Positions 50,575 through 63,787 of a stretch of 64,000 bases of DNA are shown here, piece by piece (position 1 is the stretch's first letter; each line of letters starts with the position of its first letter). Under the pieces are notes generated by a model, which made no database searches, was not told the origin of the DNA, and saw only the letters and a program-made list of their open reading frames with translations. The DNA is from Malacoraja senta (Eukaryota). The stretch is from contig CM075991.1 of NCBI GenBank assembly GCA_038087875.1, positions 5,580,001-5,644,000 of the forward strand. Direction: 5' to 3'. A program made the translations under genes and the position numbers.

Positions 50575-53500
50575 TATGTTTGAACTTGATCTCCTGATAC
50601 ATTTCTGTCTTGTTCTTCTTCTGGAAGTAAGACAACCAGCCGAAGAGATGGCCTCCCACTTTGGATCATTTAGGGCTTTTTCCTTGCCAAGAAACCTCTT
50701 CGCTGCTCTCCAAATCCATGCGACTGTCTTGATCAGTCGAGTTAGAATGCTGAACCGCTTGACATCAACAAGGTTTTGAATAGCTGACCCTTCAGGTGGT
50801 CTCTTTGTGTTTGTTGGTTCCGGTTCTTGTTTCTCTGCTTTGGCTCTTGATAGTGCTGCAACAAAAGCTTTCTTCTGTAACTTGTTGATGTTCTCTCTGG
50901 CAGTGGCAGCCAGTTCTTTAGCTGATTTTATTGGCCACTTCACTCACAGGCAATACCAGGAACTTCGGTCCATTTTGCCACTCCGAATACTGATCAAGGT
51001 CTTGAGGGCTGGCACCTCTGGTGATTACATCAGCGATGTTTTATGGGCCAGGAATCCACCGCCAGTCCTGAATGTTGGTGCTTGTTTGAATCTCTCCAAT
51101 CCGATTGGCGAAGAATGTCTGAAATCCGTAGCTTTCTCGCTGTATTGCACAAGGATTGTTTGGCTATCCACAAGATGATACCACTTCTCCACTTGAATTC
51201 GACTGTGTAGCTCGAAATACTTCCTCAAGCGTGAGGCGAACACTGCTCCGCACGTCTCTGCTTTAACAGCGTCTCCTCTGTGGTCCAAGGGAGTTAACTT
51301 GGCCTTGGATTCCACAAGTCTGACAATTGGGCCATGGTCTGAATCCCATCTCAGGTACATCACTGCCCCGTAGGTGTGCTCACTTCTGTCAGAAAAGGTG
51401 ATCCCCAAGGGTTCAGTTGCGGAGCAAGTGGGAGTCAGTGCCGTGACGAACTTGACTTTTCTAAGTTGTATGTACCTTCAAAGAGCTTAATTGCATCCTC
51501 CCTGAGTCCATCTGAGAGTGCCATGTCCCATGTGTCTCTGACCGAACAGCTTCCCTCTTTTGCTTCTTGGAATGTTCTGCGTACTAAAATCGCTCCCTTT
51601 TGCTTAACAGGAGCCACTATGCCGATGGGGTCATATAGCCCTGCTACCTGCCTGAGAAGCTATCTTCTTGTTAGGGGATTTGGCGTCTGAGTATTGATTT
51701 GCTCCTGTAGAAGGCCTTGACCAAGCCGCATCTTTTTCTTTCTCTTGGAGAAATTGATTCCCACCATAACGTGGAGCATGTCCTCTTCAACAATGTAGCC
51801 CAGACCAAGTGCCTTGTTATCATCATCATACATTTGGTTTGGTAGGATCATGGTTTTTGTTTTGCTTTCCTTTAAAGTATCACTGTCCTCTTTCCTCCCA
51901 CTTTGGCCAGACAGAACCCAAGTCTTGAGCTCAAACCCACCAGCTTTCAGGATACGTTCCACATTTGCTGTGATGATTCTCAACTGGTCGAGGCTGTTGT
52001 GAGATGTGAGGATGTTGTCAATATAGCTGTCTTTCTGGAATACTTGCTGCTCATCCTTGAGGTGGGTAAAAGAAGGAAGATTAGCAGTCTCTCGCATTGC
52101 CAACCTGTGCAATGCACCCCGCAGGTTTGTCTCCGATGTTCACTCTTGTGATAGCATACTCTCCCAGCTCCTCGTCCTCGGAATCTCGCCAGAGGAATCT
52201 GTGTAAGTGTACTTCACGGTCCTCCAACCAGACTGAGTTATACATCTTCATTATGTCTCCCAGAGCAGCATAGATTCTGCCTCTGAATCTGAGGAGGACG
52301 GCGCGAATTTGGTTGAGGTCGTCAGGACCTTTCATCAGCAAATCATTTAAGCTGACACCATTGCACTTTTGGCTGCTGTTCCACACTAGTCTCACTGGGG
52401 CCATGACAGAGTGGGGGTTTGGAGCAATAAGGTGACTCACATACCACACTGGTCCCTCCCAGTTTGCAATCATGTCTTTGGACAATTTGATTGCAGCCTT
52501 TCGGTCCACCATGTCGTGCACCTGAGCAATGTAGGCACTTTTCCATTCAGGTTCTCTGGATAGCTGCCCCTCCGTCCTGAGAAATGTGGCTTCCACTGTC
52601 CTTTTATTATTTGGTAGAGAAACTGGGTCTTCCAACCAAGGATAGCTAGCATGCCAATGTGGGTCTTTACTGTGACGGTCTCCTCTTACGTAGGTGAGGC
52701 CTTCCCTTACCACTTCGAGCTCTCTCTCTTCAGCAAGAGTCATTTCTTTTCCGCCTGGCTGGCAGTTTCCACAGCGGCAACCCCCGCACTTTGGCTCGCA
52801 TGCTGCTCCAATGCTATCCCACTTCCACCAATCCAAGAAGTCCCGATTGGCGGTTGATGTACGTGACTTCTGGACTTTGACGGCGACCTGTCCGTTTGGT
52901 GAAAGTTCCTCAGGGACTGGGGCAGTGAGCTCCTCATACTTTAAAGCAGCTGCTCTCATTGATCTTGCGAAGTGTGTTTTGGACCTGTGGGCTGACATGG
53001 TAAGCTTCTCAAACAGCTCAGGATGACAACCTCCAACAGTCCTTCCCAGTGGTCCATCCCACAGAATGAGATCTCCAACAGTTCTAATCCTCTGAGGCGC
53101 TAGCTGACCTTCTCTGTGGCTTATGAGCAAATGTATCTCTTTTGGTCTCACAAGTTCCTCAAGTGGGACGTCTTGAAAGAACTTTTGCAGCTTCTGTGGT
53201 GTCACATGTTTGTGAACATCTGCAATGCTGTCCAATCCATAACAAACTAACTGGTGCGACTTGAGTGTGCCCTTGGGAGTCTTCACTCGGATCTTTAGAA
53301 TGTAGCGCCTTGTCTCTACGTGGACCTTCATCCCCCCAACTCCATGGACGATAAGCGTAATGTCTTCACTCCTAAGGTTCAGTCTACTCGCAGCCTTGTG
53401 AGTTATGTAGTTGGTATCTGAAGCCAAGTCAATTAATGTCCCAACCTTTTGTCCAGCATTTGCTACGGCCTCCAGAAGCATCATAATCACTGAATGCTCT

Positions 53501-55278
53501 TGCAGTCCACCTTCCTTTAGGAGGCTTAGCTGATGCTTTGCAGTGTTGAAGGCTCTTGATGCAGTGTTGGAGAACACACCTCGGCATTGTTTTGCCAACT
53601 CTGGTGGAAGTTTGCTGAAAAACTCCTCTTGGTCCACTGTATACTTCTTCTTGCCTTTATCTTCCTCTGGACCAAATTTACTCCTTCTCTGATCCACACT
53701 GCTTTTCCTCATCTCATAATTGGGGCACAGATAAAAATGATGCTCAGGAGTCTGTTCATCCTTGCCGATTTGATTTTTACACAGATATGCAGGTTTGCAG
53801 AATGAACCATCATCATGAACTTCAAGACACTTTTTGCATGCTCCCAACTTCTTTACTGCAGCTCTTTTCTCTGTCAGCTTTAGCCCTCGAAACTGCTTGC
53901 AGAAGTACAGCTTCCTTTTATGCTTTATGTCACCACAGACTACACAACTTGTGTGGTCATCTCCTGACTTGGTAGACTTGGTTCTGGCATGTCTTGGTTC
54001 AGTCCGAGTTTCCTTTCTACTCGGCTCCTCGTCCCTCAGTTGCTCGAGCTGTTCGTATATGCTCTCCTGCTCATTGAGAAATGACAAGAGACTGTCAACC
54101 CGTTTCTCTGGTGTCACAGCATTCCTCTTGTCAGCTACATAAACCAGCCATTCCTTCTTGAGGGTTTCTGGAGGCTTGGTTTCAATTGATTTTGTCATCA
54201 GTGGATTTTTAATAGCGCCTGTATCTCCGAGATCGCTCAAATCCTTAAGCGCCTTTTGCACAGCTTGAATTAATTCCACTATTTTACGTGGCTGATGTCC
54301 TCTGACAGGTGGGATTCTCTGAAGCTCCTCCACTATCTCAATAGCAATAGCTGTTTGATTTTCAAACCGGTTCTCTAGGACACGAAAGATATCATCTGCA
54401 GTGTTATAGCTTGTGAGGCGGAGGTCTCTTGTAATTTTGTCCTCCAGACTGTCCAGCAATTGAACCTTCTTCACCTCATTTGATCCAGTGGGTTCACCTT
54501 GCTTTTGCAGTGCTTCCCAATCCTTCCTCCATCTATAAAAGTCACGCTTGTTTCCAGTAAACTTAGGAAGGGCCGTGGGTCACAGTCTGATGGCTGGTGA
54601 AGGATATTTGAAAGCATTCACCGCTTGTGCTAATCCTTCAGCGTCCTTCTTTATTCTTGCCTGTATGAAGTCAGCCTTCCTGGAAACCAGCTTGTGGACG
54701 AGAAGCTCGAGTGTTCTTAGGTGTTTCTGGAAGCTCTCTTGCTCATCCAGAGGGACCCAAGGTTTCCACCGACTGTACGTCTCCTTTGCAGTCTCTACTA
54801 GTTTCTGCAGGTGGTTAAGCATGAATTCATATGCTTCTTGGTTGCTATTTGATGGTGCGGTGGCAGCAGCAAATTCACATGCACCATCTGCTGTCTGTAG
54901 TGAGGTGGATAATTCAACATTTCCAAAGTTTGCCCATAGAGTGTCCTGGATGAGCCCTTTGACCTCTTTTAGTTTCGACTCACACTCCTTTGCAGTCTTT
55001 GCCAGGTTGGCTTTTTGCTGTTCAGTTAACACAGCTTCCTCCTCTGCGTCCAGCTCCGCCTCCAGCTCTGCAATGAGTCCAGCCTCCACATCGTCATTGG
55101 CTTCCATGACTTTTTCGGCCTCTTGCATGAGTTTGTTGAAATTGTTCCTGAGCTCCTCTTCAGACATTTCTTTATGGTTCCTAATGATGCTGTTAACAAG
55201 ACGAGAGAATGCCCGTTTTGCTGTTGTCCTCTCCACCTTGAGGTGCTCAGCTGACTTTCCAGTAACTTCATCAGCCAT
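50575..55278 (-). pseudogene. BEL gag-pol polyprotein remnant (fragments 54580-55278, 52081-54474, 51660-52112, 51435-51617, 51025-51408, 50560-50943)
   Basis: Collinear gag-PR-RT-RNase H fragments; RT catalytic motif reads YIDN; no integrase. Confidence 0.9.
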
Positions 55279-55344
55279 GACTTATCTTGACTTAACTGTC
55301 TCTTCTCCAGGTTTCCAGATCTCCTGGTCACAACGGGTTTTCAC

Positions 55345-55787
55345 TGTCAAGTCTTCTAATGTTTTTGCAGATACCCCGCTTGAAAGGGATTTGATTTATC
55401 TACCCCAAAATGATGAACTGGATTCACTCAGACGAAACACTTATTTTCCACCTTTTATTTTGGCAGATTAGCCTTTAGCAGTTTTGACCAGTTTTAGTCT
55501 TTACCTGGTGAAAAACCGGCTGCCAATCGGGCCTGTAGAAAATCAGTCCTGCTTTCCTCTCTGGCTATCACGGCAGTCTTTTTCGGACCGTTCTTTTGAT
55601 TTACTGTTCAAGTTTTGCCTCCCGCAAGTCTCTTCCGTCTTCTTTTTTGGCTTCTGGTGCTGTGTGCCCTTTTGAAAGCCCCGGGCAGACCTTGGCAGGC
55701 TGGGGTTCCGCCCACTTTAATCACTGTCTCGTGATTTCAATTTGCCATATCTCTGCACCTGTTCTTTCATTTCAGTTTGACTTGACA
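55345..55787 (-). repeat. BEL 5' LTR
   Basis: 9-bp terminal inverted repeats; sense-strand AATAAA at 55454-55459. Confidence 0.95.
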
Positions 55788-56639
55788 GTAACCGAGATTA
55801 GCGTTATTCAACAAAGAGAGAGGGTGAGGGAGAGATCGCACCGCGTTAACACCGACCACTGTTGGGAGGGAATTTGAGTATCCATAAAAATACTCACGCA
55901 GTCACATGCAGAACATGCAGACTCCACCCAGACATGATCCCAGGTCAGGGTCGAATCCGCGTCCCTGGGGCCGTGAAGCAGATCTTCCGAATTGCTTATA
56001 ATTGGTTCGCCTGATCTTTTCCCTAGGTATTTCATGCCAACTAATTAACCTGAGGGTTGTGCTGCATCGTTCGATGTGCAGTCTTGTTCGCTTCGAGTCC
56101 ATTCGAAGGAGGACGCGTCTGTCAAATGTCCATTGGAAGGATTTGTTGGGAAATGAGCTGGAATAAGCAGGCAGCTCCCTTCCAATGTGGAGACATTCAT
56201 GAATGTGATACAGGAGCCTTGACTCTTGCATGTAATGCAACGACTCTTTCTTCACAATAAACATATAACAAACCTATTCTGCCATCATTTTCTGACCCAT
56301 TATTTCAATAAGAAAGGGGCGTCAGCTGCAGGAGGCGATGGGAAACGATGTGGCGCGTCTGAGAACGTGTGTTTTTTGAGAAAATGTAAATTGAACAAAA
56401 TATAATTTGTAAGAAGATGTAACTATGAAATATGTCAATGAACAAGAACAGTTATAAATTCTAAGGATTTGATGCGTTTTGCCTGAAAATGGGGAACGTG
56501 GCCTAGTGGCCCCCCACAAACCAGTGAGTAAATGCGCTGGAGGGAGAGAAGGGTCTGGGAAATGGTGGCGCGTTTGGGAACATGAATGTCCGAGAAAATG
56601 GAAGTTGCAGTGCGTGCACGTAAAAACAATCTAAGAATT

Positions 56640-56866
56640 CTAAGAACGTGTATTAAATTATGAGAGGAATAGGGTGGGCGCTCAGAGTATCTTGCCCAGA
56701 GTAGAGGAATCGAGAACCAGGGAATATGTTGAAGGTGAATGAGAAATATTTCATAGGAATCGGAGAGGTAACATTTTCACGCAATGGTGGTGGGTGTATG
56801 GAACGAGCTGCCGGAGAAGATAGTTAAGGCAGGGACTACCGCAACCTTTAAGAAACAATTAGACAG
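56640..56866 (+). mobile_element. CR1-type LINE 3' fragment
   Basis: 'gtggtgggtgtatggaacgagctgccggag...tttaagaaacaattagacag', cut off at the MITE. Confidence 0.7.
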
Positions 56867-56869
56867 TAA

Positions 56870-57066
56870 AGGGCCTGTCCCACTTGGCCATCATTTGCGC
56901 GCCATTTACGCGACCTGGTAGCGTGTGGGTAGAGCGGGACGGACGCATGGAGTGGCGTGGAGGAGTGTGGAGTTGCGCGCGGTAGCGCGCCAGGATTTCG
57001 CGCTGCATGAAATCTTCGCGCGCCATCGGCCTGTCGCGTAAATGACGGCCAAGTGGGACAGGCCCA
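56870..57066. mobile_element. Non-autonomous DNA transposon (PIF/Harbinger-like MITE)
   Basis: 19-bp TIRs gggcctgtcccacttggcc/ggccaagtgggacaggccc; TAA on both sides (56867-56869, 57067-57069). Confidence 0.8.
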
Positions 57067-57069
57067 TAA

Positions 57070-57160
57070 TCCTCGACCTGAGATCATCCATGTTGTTTTC
57101 CAGGGACTGGACATTAGCAAGAAGAATGCTGGGCAGAGGTGGACGGTAGGCTTGAGCTCT
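57070..57160 (-). mobile_element. Rex1/Babar LINE endonuclease N-terminal fragment
   Basis: 'RPPLPSILLANVQSLENNMDDLR'. Confidence 0.65.
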
Positions 57161-60100
57161 GTACATTGGTTACTTTACTTACCAACCAAGGTAGTGCTTT
57201 GTTATTATAAGCCTCGCCTATACCACGCCATTCATATTATCGCAACCCGACATGTGCTGACAGTCAGTGCTGTTGCATGGTAGAAGTAACATGCTTAGGT
57301 TTACGTTTCTTAATAAATATTGTTAAATATTGTTATATACTCAACATTGTGTTAGACGAGGTCAACCCACTCCGCGTTTAAGTATATCGGTTTTATTTAA
57401 TTCCCAGTGGATTTCTTTTGTCCCTTTTTTCGTGTTGCTGTGGGCAACTCATTCCGTAAACCTGATCCTCTGATTTTTGACTCAGACCTCGCTGAAATTT
57501 GGCGAATTTTCGAGCGTGATTTCTACTATTACATCCATGCTGCTCATCGCAACGTTCCAGCAGACCAACGTACCTCTATACTTCTCAACATCGCTGGCCA
57601 ATGAGCAGAGCGCTTCGACTTTGCTCCTGCAGTTCTCGATCACAACAATCAGATCGCGGTACCTGCTGAAACTATTGATGATCCCAATATTCTGATCACC
57701 AAATTCAAACAGTTATGTCACCTTCGCACTAACTCCGTTCTGTAACATACTATTTTTTTTGCTCGAAATCCGCTGCAAAGTGAGCCCGTGGAGACATATA
57801 TCAGCACTCTAAAACAAATTGCTGCACGCTGCAGTTTTGCGAATCTGTATGATAAACTCGTCCACGATAGATTGTTGAGTGGAATCATCAGTAATAAATT
57901 ACATGATACTGAAACTAACCCTGGCCAGAGCTGAACATGCTTGTCGTATTGCTCACGAACTCTCACACTAAATCAGCGGGTCCCGGACCGCATATGTCAT
58001 ACCGTGTTGATGCTACCGACACCTCCAACCGCAACCAACAATCCCAGTCCCACACCTCATCTCGACAATCTCAAAGAATTATCGAAAAGTCTTCTAACTG
58101 TGGCGGATTGCACCCCGCAGATTGCGAACTGTGCCTTGCCTTCGGAAAACTATGCCATTTTTGCAAAAAAAGAAACCATTTCATTAAATGCTGTCAAAGA
58201 TTTAACTTCCTGTTAAAACACGAAGATTCTGATATCAAGTACCAAGCGCTACCAGCACGTCCTCCGGTTACTGCCCCTGAGCATGAAGATAACAGTCATA
58301 ACATACACTTCCTGGTAGATTCCACTAACAAACACCTCGACCCTGAAGACTCAGTTCGTGTCAACAATACCATGACTGTTGCAAAGATCGACACCGGGGC
58401 CAAATGTAACGTCATGTCAATATCCGAATTTACACGAATCAAAAATGCCGAACGTATTGTAAACACATCGGCCACTTTATTAGCTTATGGGGGGGGGGGG
58501 AGGGTGCACCCAATTGGAAAAGCTGAGCTGAAATGCCACCTAGCATCTCAAGCTCACAGGCTGAACTTTTTTTATTGTCCGTGGGAAAGTTGCAACTCTG
58601 CATGGCAGTAACGCATGCCAGGACATAGGACAGGAAGCTTAAGGAGCGGCCGTCCATCAAAGCTCTCCTGCCGAGGGCTCCACCCAGCACATATTTCCCA
58701 GTACAAGGAACATTTTGACGATACGTTTAGGAAGCTACCACTCAGATGCAACACGTCAATGATGCAAATGTCTTACCTGTAGTACGAGCACCACACCGCA
58801 TGCCACATGCTATGCGTGGCAGAGTACACAATGAGCACCAGCGGGTGGTGTCTCTGGGTGTAATTGCCACGGCTAGTGACTCATCCGACTGGATTTCCAC
58901 TATGGTGGTCGCAACAGAGAAAATTAAAGAAGAAATCTAAAGTTGTATCAACCTCAGAGACCTGAATTCAGCGACCAAATGCCCGCACTACCCGATGTGC
59001 ACGGTGGAGGAAGTTGCTGCACAGCTGGGCAGTTCCTCTGTGTTTTCTTTCCTGGATGCCAACAGCTCGTTGGGGCAGATCCCGCTTGAACCCGACGTCC
59101 AAACCTACCACGTTCCGCTCCCCGTTCAGCCATTGCGAATTCTTGAGGATGCCCTTTGGCATGAACTCTGCAAGCGAAGTATTCCAGCGTACAATTAAAC
59201 AATTATTTCCTGTGTATCCTCGTGCTATCATTGTTGATGACATTCTCGTTGCTTGATACGACATGGCTGAACATGATGCCAATTTAAAAAGTACTGAACC
59301 GTGCAAAAGACACCCACCGCAAGCTCAACACTCTGAAGTGCAGATTCCAGGTCAAGGAGGTCCAGTATGTCGGACACGTATTCACCAGTGACGGCCACAG
59401 ACCTGACCTCTCCAAGAGAATTGGCATCAATGAGATACCATTTTCCACTGACGTGACAAGTTTGCAGTGATTCCTGGGAACGGTTAACTACTTGGGGAAA
59501 TTCATTCCCAACCTCAACAAAATATCTGCCCCTCTGCGACAACTAACTCACAAGGACGCTACATGGTCTTGGTACCCACAACACCAGAGGACATTCGAAA
59601 TGCTTACATTATTATTGTCCAGTGCCCCCACCCTCGCTTATTTCAATATAAATCTACCGGTGACACTCACGTGTGATGCTTCCCAATATGGACTTGGAGC
59701 TGCTTGCCTACAGAATTCCGTTGAAGGATACTGCAGACCTATTGCTTACGCCTCCCGTATCTTGTCTGAGACTGAACAACGAAACTCCCAGATCCAAAAG
59801 GAATTAGTAGCCGTGGTTTTTACCTGCATAAAATTTAAGAATTTAATTTTTCGGAAGTCTGTGGTTGTCGAAACAGACCACCAACCGTTTCTCACTATTC
59901 TGAACAAACCCATTCTTGCAGCTGCTGCTCACCTGCAACGGATGATGATGCAGTTTAAGAGTTTCGATTTCACCCTCGTCGACAAAATGGACATGGATAT
60001 GCATCTGACTGACACATGAAGAACCCCACGAACAACCTGCGAACAACAGCCGTCTGAAAATTACCAGTTGACAGTAATGATGGTGTTGTACGCACCTACA

Positions 60101-61685
60101 GAATGTCTAAGTGACCTGGCTGAGCATCTAGCTGCGGATACAACTTTACAGCAATTGTCTTCAGTCATCCGGCGTGGCTGGCAGGATAAACAATATCACG
60201 CTCCACTTCCTAGTTGACCATAGTTCCTGGTCCGCGATGAACTGGTGCTGCAGGGCTGTGTCATATTCAAGGGTCACTGAGCTGTCATCCCAACTGCCCT
60301 ATGAGACAATTATTTTGATGTCATTCACAAGGGGTCACCCCGGCTTGTAAGCAACCATACTCCGAGCACAGTGCATGTTTTACTGACCCGGAATGACCGA
60401 ATTCGTGCGTGAGAAAGTTGAAGCCTGCGCTATCTGCAGCAGCCTGATGCCACACCAACAGAAGCAGCCCCTGCTGTCACACCCTGTTTCCCCCATACAC
60501 ATACACCCCCACATCTAACCCCCCCTCCCCAACACTTTGACAGCTAGACACCTGTCAAGGTAAAGCCACTGAACAACACGTTGAAATTGTTCCTATGATA
60601 GGGGTCGATTGTTCTGTCTGAATGTCTGTTTTTAGTTCTATTTTAGAGATGATAATGTTTAACTTGTAAGTATTTATTTCTGTTTTTATTAATTGCACTG
60701 ACGACGAAAACTGATGAGAAACAATTTTTCGTTTATTCTGTGTATGCAAGTTCTCGTTGAAATGACAATAAAGTGAATACTGAATACCTCTGCCTTGGTC
60801 CGCACCTGCTACTGACATATTCGAATGGTGTGGCAAACAGTATCTGGTTCTCCTTGACTCGTATACGGGCTGATTCGAAATCGACCTGCTCCAAAGCCCA
60901 ACATCCGCTGCAGCAATCCAAAAGCTGGCGCGCCATTTCACCGTACACGGTGCCCCCGCACGCCACTTGTCAGGTAAACGCAGTCAGTCCACTAGCCAGT
61001 GTTTTAGAAACTTTGCTCAACGATGAGATTTTCGCCATGTCACCAGCAGTCCAGAATTCCCACAATCAAGCGGACTTGCAGAACGGGCTGTCCGGAGCGC
61101 CAAGCAATTGATGGAGCGCTCACACTTTGCTAAATCCGATGTCTCGCCTGCTAAACCTGAGAAGCATCGCCCGTGACCCAATACTGGGGTCTCCTGCCCA
61201 ACGCCTCATGTCCCGACAGACCCGTGCTGCACTTCCTGTGCCCAAACAACTACTGCAGCCACAGGTTCGTTCACCACTAGCCGTCCAGAAACAACTCCGA
61301 CTGAAACGCGATACCCAAACACGATTTGTTGACCTCTCTCCAGTGGCCAAGTCGCTCGCCTTCAAACCAACAAGGGCTAAGGCGGTTTGGGCTTCATTCA
61401 CAATTCCGAAAAAGAGCCGCGCTCATGCCTGGTGAGTGCAGACGGAGGGATCTACAGGCGCAACCGTCAACATCTCCTTCCTGTGAAGGAACCACGTCCT
61501 GCTGTCTCGTATCCTGATGCGACCCGTCCGATCTACACATCTACTGACGGACTTTCTCCTCTCTCACGACGTGCAGCTGCAGACCAACCATTGATTGTGA
61601 CTCCAGCTCCCTCACCACCACGCTCGGTTCTCCCATCGCCTGCCTCGCCGTGTTTGTCCCCCGAGTACCCAGTGCTCGCGCGGAT
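57160..61685 (+). mobile_element. Decayed Ty3/Gypsy element, 3' LTR not seen
   Basis: Putative 5' LTR ending aataaa...tcaaca (57346); gag (PDPLIFDSDLAEIWRIF), protease KIDTGAKCNV, RT (RMPFGMNSASEVFQ, IIVDDILV), RNase H (CDASQYGLGA, TDHQP), integrase (SPAQRLMSRQTR); many stops. Confidence 0.88.
60494..60788 (+). mobile_element. Short non-LTR retroelement 3' fragment nested in the Gypsy integrase region
   Basis: Ends 'tgacaataaagtgaatactgaatac'; interrupts the 'LSHPV..LPWS' integrase motif. Confidence 0.5.
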
Positions 61686-62090
61686 GTAGGCCGCCCATCT
61701 TCGCTACCTGCAATCCAACCCACTTTTGTGTCATCTGCAAACTTTCTAATCTTGCCATGTACATTCTCATACTGCAATTTATATACATGCGAAACAGTAA
61801 TGGGCCAAGCATCGAACTCTGAGGCACACCACAGGCCTCCAGTCCGAGAAACAACCTTCCACTATTACCCTCTGCTACCTTCCATGAAGGCAATTTTATA
61901 TACATCCGGTTATCTCTCCTTGAATCCCATGCGATCTAACCTTCCAGAGCAGCTTATCGTGTGGAACCTTGTCAAATGCTTTGCTGAAGTCCAAATACAC
62001 TGTATACAACATCTGCAGCTCAGCACTCGTCAACCTTTTTGGTTAAGTTCACCGGCCTGTAGTTCCCAGAATTTTCCATCTTTCCTTTCT
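61686..62090 (-). mobile_element. CR1 LINE RT fragment
   Basis: 'GVPQSSMLGPLLF', 'IRKFADDTKVG'. Confidence 0.8.
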
Positions 62091-62659
62091 TGAGAGCTAA
62101 ACTCTCCACGTGATTTCGTTTAACAGCCGCTCCGTATTCCTCACAAGTGATTCCAATATCTGCTTGGATGTGTTGATATCATTGGAAGTCAGGAAATGCA
62201 TCCATTGGTTAATTAGCATCGTCGGTGACTGTTAATCCTACGAATAATAACTTCCGAGTGGCAAGATGGTGGCGTGAATCATTCCTTTCAAGGAAGACGT
62301 ATGTCTAACGTTACTTCCGAAACTAAGATCCTTATTGCTTGATTTGACTAAATCACATTGTGCACCTAATGTTATTAATGTTACATATTTGAAGTTCATT
62401 GTTCAGGTTAGAAATAATATTGTTCGCTGGAATAATTACATTTAAGAAACTTTTAACCTTGAGTCACAGAAATAGAGTTTTCAACATTCCCTTTTATAAA
62501 ATGTGACAAAAACATTAACATTAACAGTTCGTGTAATCCCTCGAGGACCGAAATTCCTTGCGCAATGAGAAAAAACAGTTACGGTTGATGTTTGTTCAGT
62601 GGGCTGTGGCTGATGTGCCAGAGGTCACGCTAATTGTCTCCGAGGAATGTCCTCTTTTC

Positions 62660-62665
62660 TATAAA
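62660..62665 (+). promoter_or_regulatory. Putative TATA box of the GPCR gene
   Basis: TATAAA about 80 nt upstream of the ATG at 62742. Confidence 0.4.
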
Positions 62666-62741
62666 TGTATGCTAAATCAATCACCAGTACAGATGGACAG
62701 TTGGAAAGTTATGTGTGATTGTTCGCTGCTTCACATGGAAG

Positions 62742-62811
62742 ATGGAATATCCAGCAATTTACTACATAGCCGGCACTTTCTACCCTGTACTTGTGGCGGT
62801 TGGTATTCCTG
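62742..62811 (+). CDS. GPR139-like class A GPCR, coding exon 1
   Basis: ATG in good context (aagATGg); MEYPAIYYIAGTFYPVLVAVGIP plus G|gtaaga donor (phase 1). Confidence 0.85.
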
Positions 62812-62829
62812 GTAAGATACTGGGTCGAG

Positions 62830-63105
62830 TACAGAAAAACTGCGCGGAAATAGGCCCTTCGATCAACCGAGTCCGCGCCAACCAGCAATCCCCGCACACT
62901 GACGGCACACGCTAGGGACAATTTACAATTGTACCAAGCCAATCAGCCTACAAACCTGTGCATCTTTGGAGTGTGGGCGGATACCGGAGATCCCGGAGAA
63001 AAACCCAAGAAGATCACGGGGAGAATGTACAAACTCCGTGCAGGATCAAACCCGGGTGGTTGGCGCTGTCAGGCAGCACATTTAACGCTGCGCACCGTGC
63101 CGCCC
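62830..63105 (-). mobile_element. HE1-like V-SINE in GPCR intron 1
   Basis: Minus strand 'ggcggcacggtgcgcagcg...gggtttgatcc...ggagtttgtacattctccccgtga'. Confidence 0.75.
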
Positions 63106-63787
63106 TGCGTGCAGTTCTCCTTCCATTCTGTATCTGCTGCTCTGAAGAATAGTCGCTTTGATACCCAGCCCAGATGCTGCCTCAGCTCACGAGTGTCTTC
63201 GGAAGGTTCAGGCTTCAGCGTCTGTTTTATTTCTGGCATTTTGTTCTTATTAATGTGTGGTTCTTTTGTCAATCAGGTCAGTTAATTTAGAGCTAATGTT
63301 TACATTTTGCAGCATGTAACCATATTCAGATTGTTTCTGGCGCATATTCTTCAAGCTCTGGGTCTTATTAATACAGACTTTTCCACCAAGACTCAGCGAA
63401 TGAGGAATGTATACATGTCTGTCAACATGCCTGTTGAATTATCACAACTAGCTGAAACACCTTCCGGGTTTTCGTTCTCTGATTCATTTGCCAGTTTTGA
63501 TTTTATGACTGCGTTTCCACTTGCTACGTCTGATATGTCGGAGGAAGCAGTTCTCCCTGAGTCTAATGCTCTCTGATACAAGTTAATTTCGATTGACGCA
63601 ACGACTCGAAATGACTGAGGTGATCAGTGCGTCGTAGACTTTAGGAGGCCGACTGTAAATTGCTGCAAATTACCGACACATCTGCTTCTTCGATCAGCAC
63701 CGCTCTAAGTATTTCTCCGAACGGAAATTTAGTAAACTGGATCAGGTTTTTGCTCATTGAAACTAACGTTTTTTTTGTTTCTTGCAG

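Larger units (their letters stand above)
50067..55787 (-). mobile_element. BEL/Pao LTR retrotransposon, integrase-deleted and frameshifted
   Basis: LTRs 442/443 bp with TGTCAAGTC...GACTTGACA ends; perfect 5-bp TSD gtaac (50062-50066, 55788-55792); gag Cys-His cluster, protease TLIDLASDTNYI, RT (LNDLLMKGPD, VHLHRFLWRD), RNase H (FSDRSEHTYGAV, SKAKLTPL). Confidence 0.95.

Noticed and set aside
54548..55471. 307-aa plus-strand ORF
   Set aside because: Antisense shadow of BEL gag; no independent coding signal
56050..56270. LTR-like segment ending aataaacatataaca
   Set aside because: No defined 5' end, TSD or partner copy visible
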